A DNA stretch of 56,985 bases from Candidatus Nanohalarchaeota archaeon (GTDB lineage Archaea > Nanohalarchaeota > Nanosalinia > Nanosalinales > Nanosalinaceae). The notes beneath the pieces were generated by a model. That model did not search any database, had not been told where the DNA came from, and was given only the letters and a program-made list of their open reading frames with translations. Position 1 is the stretch's first letter, and every line of letters begins with the position of its first letter. The position numbers and the translations under genes are program-made. Positions 9,530 to 19,688 of the stretch are shown one piece after another. The DNA lies in assembly GCA_022729355.1 (NCBI GenBank), contig JALDAN010000001.1, positions 1 through 56,985 of the forward strand, in the 5' to 3' direction.

Positions 9530-10945
9530 TCAATCTTCACGTGCTTCTTCAAACCTTTTCACCGCTTCTTCTCTTCTCTCATCGTGATCTACTACAGGCC
9601 TCGGATAATCTTCCCCTATAATACAGTCCGATTCTCTCTGCGCTATCTGATTCATCTTGTGAGGCCTGTGGATATACTCATCCTGTACATCTTCAAGTTC
9701 AGGCACCCATTTACGAATGTATTCACCATCAGGATCGTATTTCTCTCCCTGAGTCCATGGATTGAAGACTCTGAAGTAAGGCTGTGCATCAGTTCCTATA
9801 GAGTACGCCCACTGAATACCTCCTATCATCGAAGCTATCTCAGCATCCACAAAGTTCTCATTAAAGTAGTCGTGAACATCATGCCAGTCCAGCCAGAGAT
9901 CCTTACAGGCAAAAGAAGTGACGACCATTCTCAAGCGATTATGCATCCAGCCAGTTTTCTTCAACTGCCTCATACCGGCGTCAACGAACGGAAATCCTGT
10001 CCTGCCGTTTATCCAGGCCTCCCATAAATCCCTAGCTTCACTTTTTTGTCGCCAGTCGATGCTGCGGAACTGCTCCTGTAAGGCCTCTTCCCGGGACTCC
10101 GGAAAATTGTAAAGCATCTGGAAGTAGAAATCTCTCCATGCAAGCTCCTCCTGCCAAGTCTTCACACCGGAAGTATCTTCATTCGGATTCCGGGCTTTAA
10201 TCCTTTCTGCCTCCCAGAAAACCTCTCTGATGCTGACAGTTCCGAACTTGAGGTGGGGAGATAACCTGCTTGTCGCATCCTTCCAGGCATAATCTCGGTC
10301 CTCATCGTAATCCATTATCTTATCCTTGAAGGCCTCTAACCTTTCCAAGCCTCCTTTTCTGCCTGGACTCCAGTTCCATTCAAAGTCGTTAGGTCTTTCA
10401 AATCCAAGCTGCTTCAGATCAGGGATATTGTTACTTTCTATTTCAGGGACTTCGTAGTCCTCCACTTTCTGAGGCCTTCCTTTTTCTTTCTTGAACCATT
10501 TTTTTGAGTAGTAAGTATATACTTTGTATGGAGTGCCAGAGTTAGTCAGTATCTCCTCTTTCTCGAACATGACGATATCTTTGAATGTCTTAACATCTAC
10601 ATCCAGTTCCATAGCTTCTTCATCTCTCTGACGCGCATAACTAGAGTAATCACGGTTAAAATAGAGCTCTTCAGCACCTGTCTCCCCTATAATTTTCCGT
10701 AGTTGTTTGATAGTTTTCCCTTTCCTCACCACGAGATCCTGTCCACTGTCCTGAAGGCTTTCCTTCAACTCTATAAGCGATTCTCGCCAGAACTTTACTC
10801 TAGGATAACCAAGTGAGGCCTCTGAGAAATATTCTTCATCAACTACATAGAAAGGAATGACTTCTTCATGTTCCTTTGAGGCCTCTACTAATGCAGTGTT
10901 GTCGTATTCTCTCAGGCTTCTTCTTATCCAGACGATCGCCGTCAT
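9530..10945 (-). CDS. phr: Deoxyribodipyrimidine photolyase
   Basis: WIRRSLREYDN, TSRLSPHLKFG, WRDFY, GRTGFPFVDAGMRQL, WMHNRLRM, PYFRVFNP. Confidence 0.95.
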   Translation of the reverse strand: MTAIVWIRRSLREYDNTALVEASKEHEEVIPFYVVDEEYFSEASLGYPRVKFWRESLIELKESLQDSGQDLVVRKGKTIKQLRKIIGETGAEELYFNRDYSSYARQRDEEAMELDVDVKTFKDIVMFEKEEILTNSGTPYKVYTYYSKKWFKKEKGRPQKVEDYEVPEIESNNIPDLKQLGFERPNDFEWNWSPGRKGGLERLEAFKDKIMDYDEDRDYAWKDATSRLSPHLKFGTVSIREVFWEAERIKARNPNEDTSGVKTWQEELAWRDFYFQMLYNFPESREEALQEQFRSIDWRQKSEARDLWEAWINGRTGFPFVDAGMRQLKKTGWMHNRLRMVVTSFACKDLWLDWHDVHDYFNENFVDAEIASMIGGIQWAYSIGTDAQPYFRVFNPWTQGEKYDPDGEYIRKWVPELEDVQDEYIHRPHKMNQIAQRESDCIIGEDYPRPVVDHDERREEAVKRFEEARED

Positions 10946-10976
10946 AAATGAAAGTTGAGGCCTCCAAGTTTTTGAG

Positions 10977-11627
10977 TTAACGGTTCTGGAAGAATCTATC
11001 CAGCTGCTTCTTGTCCTTTCTGTGTCCTATCATTATAAGCTCATCTCCAGCGTCAAGCCGTGTTTCTTTCACAGTTTCCCCGTCTCTTATTACTGCGTGG
11101 ACATCAAATGATTCAGGGAAGTTCTTCAACTTCCGAACTTCATCAAGTTCCAAGTCCTCCAGCTCCGATCCTTCCTCTATAGAGGCCTTAATAAGCTCCA
11201 GGCCCTCCTCAAGATTTGCCAGCTTGACAAGCTGAGGATGTTCGACTGCGGATAAGAACTCTGACAGAAGGATATCGTTGTGGCTTATAGGCTGTGCATC
11301 TATGATCTGGAACGCTTCGATGTATTCTTCGTTTTCTACGCGTGTAACTACTTTAGGCACTCCATATTTTTTGGCAAGTGTGCAGACCACCATGTTCTCG
11401 TTATCGTCTTTTTGAGCCGCAATGACTATATCTGCTTGAGTGACACCGGCGTCTTCAAGCGCCGATATCGTTCCCGGAGGCCTGTGGATTACTGTTGCAC
11501 CGCTTTCCGAGTAAAGCCTGTCACATTTATCTTCATCTTCATCTATAGCTACGACGTCGTGACGGCCTTCAAGCTTCTTCACTAATCTTTTCGACATTGA
11601 ATTGATTCCGGCGACGATAACGTACAT
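10977..11627 (-). CDS. trkA: TrkA potassium-uptake RCK subunit
   Basis: RCK_N/RCK_C layout; adjacent to trkH. Confidence 0.85.
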   Translation of the reverse strand: MYVIVAGINSMSKRLVKKLEGRHDVVAIDEDEDKCDRLYSESGATVIHRPPGTISALEDAGVTQADIVIAAQKDDNENMVVCTLAKKYGVPKVVTRVENEEYIEAFQIIDAQPISHNDILLSEFLSAVEHPQLVKLANLEEGLELIKASIEEGSELEDLELDEVRKLKNFPESFDVHAVIRDGETVKETRLDAGDELIMIGHRKDKKQLDRFFQNR

Positions 11628-11630
11628 AAC

Positions 11631-13046
11631 TCAATCATTGAATATCTTCGTATTAAAAACCGCCAGTAACGGCAGCATCTCAAGACGGCCAGCAACCATT
11701 GAAACAGCTATAAGGATCTTGGATGCTACAGAGGCCTCTATCAAACTTCCCTCGATAAACGTAGGGCCCATGTTTCCAAGTGAGGAGAAAGCGACTGAAA
11801 TCGCTCCTTTGAAGCTGTATCCCTCTAGTCCTACGAGAAGTATAGCTACGATGAAAGCGAATGTGATCCATGCGAAGAAGAGGACTGACATAGTTTTGAT
11901 AGCTGAGTTCTCAATTAATTCACCGTCAATCTTCACTGCGTTAACTGCTGACTTTGGCAGAGAATAAGATCTCAAACGAGCCTTCAGTAGTTTAATCATG
12001 GCTACAGCTCTGAAAGTCTTGAATCCTCCGGAAGTTGAACCTAGGGAGCCTCCTGTAAACAGTACAGCCAGTAGGATAAGCTGGACAGCCGGCATAGTTA
12101 TACTGATATCAAGAGTGGAGAAGCCTGTGGAGGAAACAAATGCTGCACTCTGGAATAGGCCATCAAGAAGCGGCATCGAAGTCTTACCCATGAAATCATA
12201 CACAAGTATACCTGCCAAGACGAAGAACATCGCCAGATAGGCCTTCAACTCTGTATTCTCGGCAAGAGGCCTGTAATCAGCCTTGAGTACTCTGTAAATT
12301 ATGACGAAGTTGATCCCTCCAACAAGCATGAAGATAGTCATAAGGGCCTGTATCTCCGGAGTTAAAGCTGCAAAGCTCTCGGCCTGAGTTGAAAATCCTC
12401 CCGTAGAGAGTGTTGAAAAAGCATGGACTACCGCATCAAAGACAGGCATCTCCAAGGCCACAAGTAGGCCTATCAGTACCGTAGTAAGGAAGGCATACAC
12501 CCTCCAGAGATCTTTCACTGACTTTAACAGTGAAGGCCTGATGCTTCCAGGATCTGTTTTATGGGCCTCTGCCGAGAAAAGTCTCTGAGATACTCCTCCT
12601 GATTTACGGATTACTGCTATAAAGAATGTAAGTATTCCCAGGCCGCCAATCCACTGCATGAATGATCTCCACATCAGTATAGAGTTCGGCATCGTCTCCG
12701 GATTTGCCATCAGAGAGATTCCTGTTGTTGTGAGGCCTGAAGCTGCCTCGAAGAAGGCGTCGAATGTCGGCAGGTAGTATGCGAGCGGTAGTGCGCCGAT
12801 AATTATTGCTAGTATCCATCCTGCGACTGTGAGGAACATTGCCTCCTGTACAGATGGTTCTCCCGTGGCCCCATATTTTGTCATAGCTGTACCTATGATG
12901 AGGCTGGCTGCGCTGCTTCCCACGAAGAGGTAGAAGTTGACGGGATTCTCCGAGTAAAGGAGTGTGAGGCCTGCTGGAAGAAGTATGAGTAACGCGTAGA
13001 TCTGCAGGAAGCGGCCAAGTATACCTGTCAATAGCCTCTTGTTCAT
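11631..13046 (-). CDS. trkH: TrkH potassium-uptake membrane subunit
   Basis: FEAASGLTTTG, WRSFMQWIGGLG, STGGFS, GSTSGGFK, GRLE. Confidence 0.95.
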   Translation of the reverse strand: MNKRLLTGILGRFLQIYALLILLPAGLTLLYSENPVNFYLFVGSSAASLIIGTAMTKYGATGEPSVQEAMFLTVAGWILAIIIGALPLAYYLPTFDAFFEAASGLTTTGISLMANPETMPNSILMWRSFMQWIGGLGILTFFIAVIRKSGGVSQRLFSAEAHKTDPGSIRPSLLKSVKDLWRVYAFLTTVLIGLLVALEMPVFDAVVHAFSTLSTGGFSTQAESFAALTPEIQALMTIFMLVGGINFVIIYRVLKADYRPLAENTELKAYLAMFFVLAGILVYDFMGKTSMPLLDGLFQSAAFVSSTGFSTLDISITMPAVQLILLAVLFTGGSLGSTSGGFKTFRAVAMIKLLKARLRSYSLPKSAVNAVKIDGELIENSAIKTMSVLFFAWITFAFIVAILLVGLEGYSFKGAISVAFSSLGNMGPTFIEGSLIEASVASKILIAVSMVAGRLEMLPLLAVFNTKIFND

Positions 13047-13216
13047 ACAGTAGTTAATGAAAGTTCACTGGAATAAAAAGAAAACCGATTATATAGCAAA
13101 GGGATTCAAAAATGTTTACAGAACAAACTTACATTATAGCTCGGAAAAATCCTGGCATGTCTTCAGTAGAAGGCCTCTGCGAACAAGGATTGACTGAGTT
13201 AAGGTGAAAATTACAA

Positions 13217-13582
13217 ATGCAGATTACAGTTGGAACTGAAGAAGGCGAAACATTTCAGAAAGAAATTGAAGAAAACTCTCAGCTAATCGGTAAACAGATA
13301 GGCGACGAATTTGAAGGAAGCATCGTAGGACTTGATGGCTATACGCTTGAGATCACAGGTGGAAGTGACAAGCAGGGCTTTCCTATGAGAAAGTCTATCG
13401 ACGGAACGGAAAGAACAAGAGTTTTACTTGGAGAAGGTACAGGAATACAGGAAGAAGGAAAAGGAGTACGTAAACGTAAATCTGTCAGAGGAAATACTGT
13501 TTCAGCCGAGATACAACAGCTGAATACACGAGTAGTTGAATCAGGCGACAAATCCGTAGAAGAGCTTCTTGAAGAAGAATAA
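13217..13582 (+). CDS. rps6e: 30S ribosomal protein S6e
   Basis: ITGGSDKQGFPM, RKRKSVRG. Confidence 0.95.
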   Translation: MQITVGTEEGETFQKEIEENSQLIGKQIGDEFEGSIVGLDGYTLEITGGSDKQGFPMRKSIDGTERTRVLLGEGTGIQEEGKGVRKRKSVRGNTVSAEIQQLNTRVVESGDKSVEELLEEE

Positions 13583-13585
13583 ACC

Positions 13586-14779
13586 ATGAGCAACAGCACT
13601 CCTGAAGTAAATATAGGCCTTGTAGGGCATGTTGATCACGGTAAGACAACGCTTACACGCGCATTATCCGGTAAATGGACTGATGAGCACAGCGAAGAGC
13701 TGGAAAAAGGCATCACAATCCGCATCGGATACGCAGATGTCACGTATTACCGCGATGATGACGGCAATCTGAACGTGGACGGTGATGGAGAAGAGGTAAG
13801 ATCAGTTTCTCTTGTTGACGCTCCAGGACACGAAACCCTTATGGCCAATGTACTTTCAGGAGCAGCCATCATGGATGGAGCAATACTAATAATAGCAGCT
13901 AACGAAGAATGTCCTCAACCACAGACACGGGAACACCTGGCAGCACTTGATATCGTAGACGTAGACAATATAGTGATTGTCCAGAATAAGATCGATCTTG
14001 TAGATCAGGAAAAAGTCAGGGAGAACTATCAGCAGATCAAGGATTTCGTGGAAGGAACAGTTGCAGAGGACGCACCGATCATACCTATCTCTGCACAGCA
14101 CGAAATTAATATAGATGCAGTGCTTGAGGCCTTAGAAGAGGAGATTCCTACACCGGAAAGAGATCTTGAAGCCAATCCTAAGATGCTTGTAGCACGTTCT
14201 TTCGATATCAACAGGCCTGGACAGCTTCCGGACGATATTAATGGAGGAGTTGTGGGCGGCAGTCTTGTACGTGGAAAGCTTGAGCCGGGCGATGAGATAG
14301 AACTAAAGCCTGGACGCAGACTTGAAGAAGAGAAATGGGAGACAGTAACAACAACAGTAGAGAGTATAATCCATGGAAACGAGTCTGTAGATGAAGGGAG
14401 GCCTGGTGGTCTTCTTGGAGTAGAGACAACTCTTGATCCGTCGATGGCTAAGTCCGATGGACTTGAAGGAAATGTTTTAGGTCTTGAAGGCACTCTTCCG
14501 GAGACCACTTACAACATTGAGATCGAGGCAAATCTTATGGACAGGCTTGCCGGTTCCGAAGATGATGAAGAGATCGAGAATATCAAGGAGCATGAGCCTT
14601 TGATGATAAACGCTGGAACAGGTAAGTCAGCTGGTTTCGTGACTCAGGCAGGTAAGAATGTGAAACTGGACTTAAAAATTCCTGTTTGTGCTGAAGAAGG
14701 CGACAGAATAGCTATTTCCCGACAGATTGGCTCTAGATGGCGCTTGATAGGTCACGGCAAAATAACAGGCATCGAATGA
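13586..14779 (+). CDS. eif2g: Translation initiation factor aIF2 gamma
   Basis: GHVDHGKT, GITIRIGYA, DAPGHE, QNKID, RWRLIG. Confidence 0.97.
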   Translation: MSNSTPEVNIGLVGHVDHGKTTLTRALSGKWTDEHSEELEKGITIRIGYADVTYYRDDDGNLNVDGDGEEVRSVSLVDAPGHETLMANVLSGAAIMDGAILIIAANEECPQPQTREHLAALDIVDVDNIVIVQNKIDLVDQEKVRENYQQIKDFVEGTVAEDAPIIPISAQHEINIDAVLEALEEEIPTPERDLEANPKMLVARSFDINRPGQLPDDINGGVVGGSLVRGKLEPGDEIELKPGRRLEEEKWETVTTTVESIIHGNESVDEGRPGGLLGVETTLDPSMAKSDGLEGNVLGLEGTLPETTYNIEIEANLMDRLAGSEDDEEIENIKEHEPLMINAGTGKSAGFVTQAGKNVKLDLKIPVCAEEGDRIAISRQIGSRWRLIGHGKITGIE

Positions 14780-14825
14780 AAAATAATAGATTTTTAACTA
14801 ACAAAGATAAGGTTGTATCTGTACA

Positions 14826-16400
14826 ATGTCAATCTCCGCTATGATAGCTGAATTGGCGTCCGGGCAGGGTGCCGTGTTCAAGACTCTTGTTACAGTCGGG
14901 ATACTTGTAGGAGGACATATTCTGGTGAAACTTTTCACAACAATTATCAGAAAGGCTTGGATGCGTAGAGGAGACAATCTTACGAAGAAAGCTATTCAGC
15001 GGCGTTACGATACCGTCCAGAATATATCTTACGTACTGGATGCAGTGGTCATCGCAGTAGCATTACTGTATCTGAACGCAGGCCTCACCACAGAACTGAC
15101 GGAGAACTTCGCAGAGAATCTGCCGGATATTTTCTCAGTCTTCCTGATCGGCATACTGGGAATCATAATGGTTAATTTTGTTACAAAGCTGGTTAGCGGA
15201 TTCTTCAATAGAGTCGGAACTCGCAACTATCTGAGAGAAATGGGGCTTTCACAGAGCGCAACACATATCATGAGCCTTGTAGTGAAAGGCTTCCTATACT
15301 TGCTGATAATCCAGATAGTACTCAACCAGCTGGGAATAGGCAATACGTTCCTTGATAACGCAATCACAGCCTCAGCATACGCAGCCGTATTCACAGTGGC
15401 AGCACTGCTATTCTGGGGATTCAAAGACTTGGCAAGAAACCTAGCGGCAGGCCTATACCTGAAGAATTCCCGCCTTGTAAGGCCTGGAGAAAAAGTCTAT
15501 CTTGAAGGGGAAAGCGGGAAGATCAGAGATATTGATCTATTCAGCACCGAAGTAGAAACAGACGGAGGATACAGGATGCTGGCACAGAACTCCAAAGTCA
15601 TGGATTCAGACATGAAGTTCAAAGACACTCAGAGCGACATAGAAACCCTTGAAGACGTAAAAAGACACTTCATAGCACAAGATCCTTCATACTGTGGACC
15701 TGCATCAGCTGAAATGGCTTTAAGCATCTTTGGCTACCGCTACAGCCAGGAAACAATCGGAGATATGTGCAGCACCGAAGTAGGAGTTGGCACGATGCCT
15801 GACGACTTAATTGAATCAATAGAGGAACTGACAGATGGAGAAGTAAAGGCCTCTTACATTGAGTACGACAAGATCACTGATCTATCAGATGAATTCAAGG
15901 CCTGGTTCAACGACGGTGCATTAATCATTCCGAACTTCGCGAAGCCTGTGCTTTTCCCACAAGCCGATACGGCGCATTACAGTCTATGTGTCGGAGTCGA
16001 GGGAGATGATCTGTTGATCGTTGATCCAAGCGCTGACACAGTTTCAGGAGGCGTATACTACGCCGATAGCGGAGAGATGCTTGAAGCGATGGGAGAGTTC
16101 GAAGGACGTACAAGAGGATATCTTGTACTGGCGCCTGAAGATACTACAGCTCACTGGAGGATCAGTGAAGGCCTTATCTATGCAGATAAGAGCTTTTACG
16201 ATGAAATAAACAAGAATATGGAGCTGCAGTTGAGAAGGATTTTGAGGCAGGGGCGTATACTGAAGAATGTGCTTCCTGAGGACCTGCAGAACTATCTTGA
16301 GAGATGGAAGCGGGATGAAAAGGTAGGCAGAGTTTGGAAAGCTGAATCATCCAGAGACAACGATGGGGGAGAAAATGAAACTTCTGATACTGGCGAATGA
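14826..16400 (+). CDS. MscS-type channel domain fused to a papain-like (C39 / phytochelatin-synthase-like) domain
   Basis: TM helices and KDLARNLAAGLYL...PGEKV...GKIRDI MscS motif; then Q285-DPSY-C290-GPAS, H384, D400. Confidence 0.75.
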   Translation: MSISAMIAELASGQGAVFKTLVTVGILVGGHILVKLFTTIIRKAWMRRGDNLTKKAIQRRYDTVQNISYVLDAVVIAVALLYLNAGLTTELTENFAENLPDIFSVFLIGILGIIMVNFVTKLVSGFFNRVGTRNYLREMGLSQSATHIMSLVVKGFLYLLIIQIVLNQLGIGNTFLDNAITASAYAAVFTVAALLFWGFKDLARNLAAGLYLKNSRLVRPGEKVYLEGESGKIRDIDLFSTEVETDGGYRMLAQNSKVMDSDMKFKDTQSDIETLEDVKRHFIAQDPSYCGPASAEMALSIFGYRYSQETIGDMCSTEVGVGTMPDDLIESIEELTDGEVKASYIEYDKITDLSDEFKAWFNDGALIIPNFAKPVLFPQADTAHYSLCVGVEGDDLLIVDPSADTVSGGVYYADSGEMLEAMGEFEGRTRGYLVLAPEDTTAHWRISEGLIYADKSFYDEINKNMELQLRRILRQGRILKNVLPEDLQNYLERWKRDEKVGRVWKAESSRDNDGGENETSDTGE

Positions 16401-17196
16401 CTTTGATATACCGACTCAAAGATTCGAGAACTACTTTGAGGAGGTAGAGAAAAAATCACTGGCTGATCTGTTAATCGATACAGAGAAGAACGTGCTTGTT
16501 GAAGGCGAATCAATCGAGGAATGGGACTCTCTTTATATAGAGCCAGAACCAAAGGCCTTCAACTATCTCAGAGTGCTTCTGGAAACGATCGGTCAGAAAG
16601 ATATCAACTGTAACCTTGATCCCTCGTCAATATTCATACAGGGAAAGAAGCCTTTTCTCTTCACAGTTCTGGCGGATAGAGGCATAAGTATTCCCGATCA
16701 GGTATCTATATCTACTGAGAAAGGCCTTACGGAGATGGAGCGAGATCTGGATTTCCCTGTAGTAGCCAAAAAATACTCTAGCTTTGAGCTTGCTGAAGCC
16801 AAAGTTTTTGAGGAATTTGAAAATCTTAAGTCTTTCTCAGAGCTATCTGAACATGGTAAAGACTACATAATGATACAGGAACATTCCGGTGAAGATATTT
16901 TCGATATTCTTTACGTAGACGGGAATATGATTTCACTTAAACTTGAGGACTCTCCCTGGGAGGCTGCTGAGGCAGAGACAGTATCAAAGAAGTATTATAG
17001 CATCTCAAGCAGTCAAAAAGAGACTGTGAAAGAAGCTGTTGAGGCCTTAGGCTCCCGTATATGCCGTGTAAGACTGAAAGGTGATGAAGTAGTTGATATA
17101 CAGAATGATCCTGATCTTGAGGAGTTCAAGGAGAAAAGTGGTAAAAACGTGTATGGGCGAATTGCAGATGTTCTGAAAGGCGGAGGTGAAGCTTAA
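16375..17196 (+). CDS. RimK-like ATP-grasp protein, divergent
   Basis: K..LFTVL..RGISIP, FPVVAK, IMIQE; lacks the G-x-G-x-G loop and EIN motif; ATG at 16375 follows GGGGGAG. Confidence 0.65.
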   Translation: MKLLILANDFDIPTQRFENYFEEVEKKSLADLLIDTEKNVLVEGESIEEWDSLYIEPEPKAFNYLRVLLETIGQKDINCNLDPSSIFIQGKKPFLFTVLADRGISIPDQVSISTEKGLTEMERDLDFPVVAKKYSSFELAEAKVFEEFENLKSFSELSEHGKDYIMIQEHSGEDIFDILYVDGNMISLKLEDSPWEAAEAETVSKKYYSISSSQKETVKEAVEALGSRICRVRLKGDEVVDIQNDPDLEEFKEKSGKNVYGRIADVLKGGGEA

Positions 17197-18083
17197 TGGA
17201 TTGTGCAGTAATTTATGGAAAGAAGTCAGCTCAGCACCACCACTTTATTGAGGCAGGTAAAGATCATTTCAACAAAGTGCTTGGAGTACCTCTCGAAGGG
17301 ATAAGAACAGTATACACCGAAGAAGGTACGAAGCTGATGTACAATAATACAGATTTATGTGAATTCGATGCAGTGTATCTCAGGCTTCTGGGAAGCGATC
17401 TGATGTACGGAGAGCACATTCCAGAGGTGCTCAGAGATAACGATGTATACACACAGCTGGACTCCGATTCACTGGCTATCGCATCAAACAAGTTCCACAT
17501 GATGAAAGTGATAGCTGACGGAGGCCTACCCGTACCCAAATCAACCTACACTCTTTCAACGAAGGAGACTGAGAGAGCTGGCAACATGCTAGGATACCCC
17601 GCCGTAATAAAAATTATCTCCGGATACGGAGGAAAAGGAGTGATGAAAGCAGACGAACAGTCCGACATCGGGCCTATAACCGACACATTGACACTTTTCG
17701 AGCAGGACATATGCCTTCAGGAGTTCATCGATAATCCTGGAGAAGATATAAGAGTTATAGTTGTAGGAGATGACACATACGCCTACAAACGTGTCGGAGG
17801 AGATGAGGAATTCCGATCAAACATTTCGACCGGAGGAAACCGAGAGAAGATAGATCCTAGCGAAGAAATGATTGAGGCCTCCAAAGGAGCAGCAGCACTT
17901 ACAGGCCTGGATATAGCCGGAATAGACATCATAGAGGATGAATCCGAGGAAGGAAAATTCTACATAGGAGAAATCAATGCCTCACCCGGAGTTGAAGGAA
18001 CAGGAGAAGTTATACCGGCAGACCTGGCGGACGAGTTCATGGAAGTAATAAAGAGAAAAGCTATGGAAGAGAAAGAACTATAG
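17196..18083 (+). CDS. RimK-family ATP-grasp ligase
   Basis: SNKF, LPVP, YPAVIK..SGYGGKGV, LQEFI, EDIRV, FRSNISTGG, GIDII, EINASPG. Confidence 0.92.
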   Translation: MDCAVIYGKKSAQHHHFIEAGKDHFNKVLGVPLEGIRTVYTEEGTKLMYNNTDLCEFDAVYLRLLGSDLMYGEHIPEVLRDNDVYTQLDSDSLAIASNKFHMMKVIADGGLPVPKSTYTLSTKETERAGNMLGYPAVIKIISGYGGKGVMKADEQSDIGPITDTLTLFEQDICLQEFIDNPGEDIRVIVVGDDTYAYKRVGGDEEFRSNISTGGNREKIDPSEEMIEASKGAAALTGLDIAGIDIIEDESEEGKFYIGEINASPGVEGTGEVIPADLADEFMEVIKRKAMEEKEL

Positions 18084-19112
18084 AGAGTTGAAATCACTTT
18101 CAACAGTCTCTACAGCCTCCTGAAGCTGATCCGGCTTGAAAGCATTGTATGCCGGAACACCTACATTATCTTCTATAGTATCTTTACCTACAGTTGTATC
18201 AGTTATAGGCCCCGAAATGAAGGAAAGACTGTAATCCATATCTTCAAGTACGTCCTTTAATCCATAGGCACCCATGACATCTAGGGAAGCTGCACAGACA
18301 CTGAAGACAGATTCTTTTATGTCAAGATCCTTTAAGACTTCTCTTACTCTGTAGTTACTGATGAGGCCTGCACCGAACTCAATTACGATGAAATCCAGTT
18401 CATTTTTGTTCCAGGCATGATTTACGAGGCCTTTCGCTGAAGAAATCACTGTCTCAGGATCCTCTACAGTGGTTGGTATACCGGCATCCACGAAGTCCAG
18501 AGATACTTTTGAGCCTGCTTCGTACATGCTTAACCGGTCTCTTTCACGAGCTGACCCTGTGAGCTTCAGGGATCCTATTCTGTAGTCTTTACTGAGGTTT
18601 TCGATTAGTTTTGTGGCAAGCGTTGTCTTTCCTGCATCCATCCTTGAGGCAACTACAGCTACAAGCCTTGGATCTCCATTGATCTTCTCTGCTTTCTCTA
18701 TACCGTGATCCTTCATATTCCTGAGATCTTCACCACTCTTGATGTAGCCGAGGAACTCTCCTTTACACGGCTCCTCCAGTTCTTTAGCTGAGGACCTGTA
18801 AATTCCGAAAACTCCTCCAGAACCCAGAAAACTGATTTCATCGCCTTCATCAAGATCCTCCGGAACGTTTCCGATATAACCTTTAACACCGGCTCTGTTC
18901 CCCAAGGCTCCGACTACAACATCTCCTTCCTCCAGATCTACTAGCTCTCCTCCTTCAAGATCAAGCTCTCTGTAAGTATCATTTACACCCGTGATACGGA
19001 CAGCCACCACATCTCCGCTTTGAGGCCTGTGGCCACTGTACTCTACTTCTATATTCCTTCCTATATCTATTCTTTTGAGACACGAGGCCTTGTAGTCGTA
19101 CTCTTTAATCAT
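18078..19112 (-). CDS. DUF1611-like P-loop protein
   Basis: GDVVVGALGNR, MDAGKTT, KLTG...RD, DFVDAG, IEFGAG; likely ATG at 19112. Confidence 0.7.
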   Translation of the reverse strand: MIKEYDYKASCLKRIDIGRNIEVEYSGHRPQSGDVVAVRITGVNDTYRELDLEGGELVDLEEGDVVVGALGNRAGVKGYIGNVPEDLDEGDEISFLGSGGVFGIYRSSAKELEEPCKGEFLGYIKSGEDLRNMKDHGIEKAEKINGDPRLVAVVASRMDAGKTTLATKLIENLSKDYRIGSLKLTGSARERDRLSMYEAGSKVSLDFVDAGIPTTVEDPETVISSAKGLVNHAWNKNELDFIVIEFGAGLISNYRVREVLKDLDIKESVFSVCAASLDVMGAYGLKDVLEDMDYSLSFISGPITDTTVGKDTIEDNVGVPAYNAFKPDQLQEAVETVESDFNSL

Positions 19113-19181
19113 ATTACTTCGTTGAGACACTGACTGTTTAAAATAGTATTTACTTGAAACTTGAGGCCTCAAGGATTGTCT

Positions 19182-19559
19182 GTGACACGTAAAATACTGC
19201 TTGATACAAACTTCCTTGTAGCGCCTTTCCAGTTGAATGTCTCGATATTCGAGGATCTTGAGGATATGTATCCTTACTGCGAGATTTATACATTAGATGA
19301 GGCCTTGCAGGAGGCCCGAAGTATAGAGGGAGGGAAGTATGGAGAGCTTGTGGAGAAGCTTATCGATATACAGGATGTGGAGGTGCTGGAGACGCATGGA
19401 GAAGGTAGTGTTGATGATCTCTTGGTAGATATTGCTGACGAGTTCGTTGTAGCCACTAATGATAAAGAGTTGAAGGAGCGTTTGATAGATGCCGGTAAAG
19501 AAGTCGTGTTCATCAGAAGCAGAAGCCACCTAAAAGCGGCGAATCAGGCCCGACTGTAA
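19182..19559 (+). CDS. PIN-domain protein (Utp24/Fcf1-like)
   Basis: LLDTNFL, VDD, VATNDKELK; position upstream of rpoE'; GTG start chosen. Confidence 0.85.
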   Translation: MTRKILLDTNFLVAPFQLNVSIFEDLEDMYPYCEIYTLDEALQEARSIEGGKYGELVEKLIDIQDVEVLETHGEGSVDDLLVDIADEFVVATNDKELKERLIDAGKEVVFIRSRSHLKAANQARL

Positions 19560-19688
19560 AAGAATTGTAGAGAAGATAATTTTGTCCGGGAATGACGGGT
19601 TTTTTGTGTAGGTTTCCGGATTTTTGTCTACCACTGCTTTTTAAGAATTAACACCGAGCTCTATACTGTTTCATAGAGGTAGAACTAT

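Noticed and set aside
13157-13207. 16-codon uORF upstream of rps6e
   Set aside because: Its stop is simply the TGA of the GGTGA SD; no overlap with the start and no hairpin pair, so probably chance
16375-18083. Graspetide (RiPP) cluster
   Set aside because: No precursor peptide ORF is visible and the ligase motifs are RimK-like
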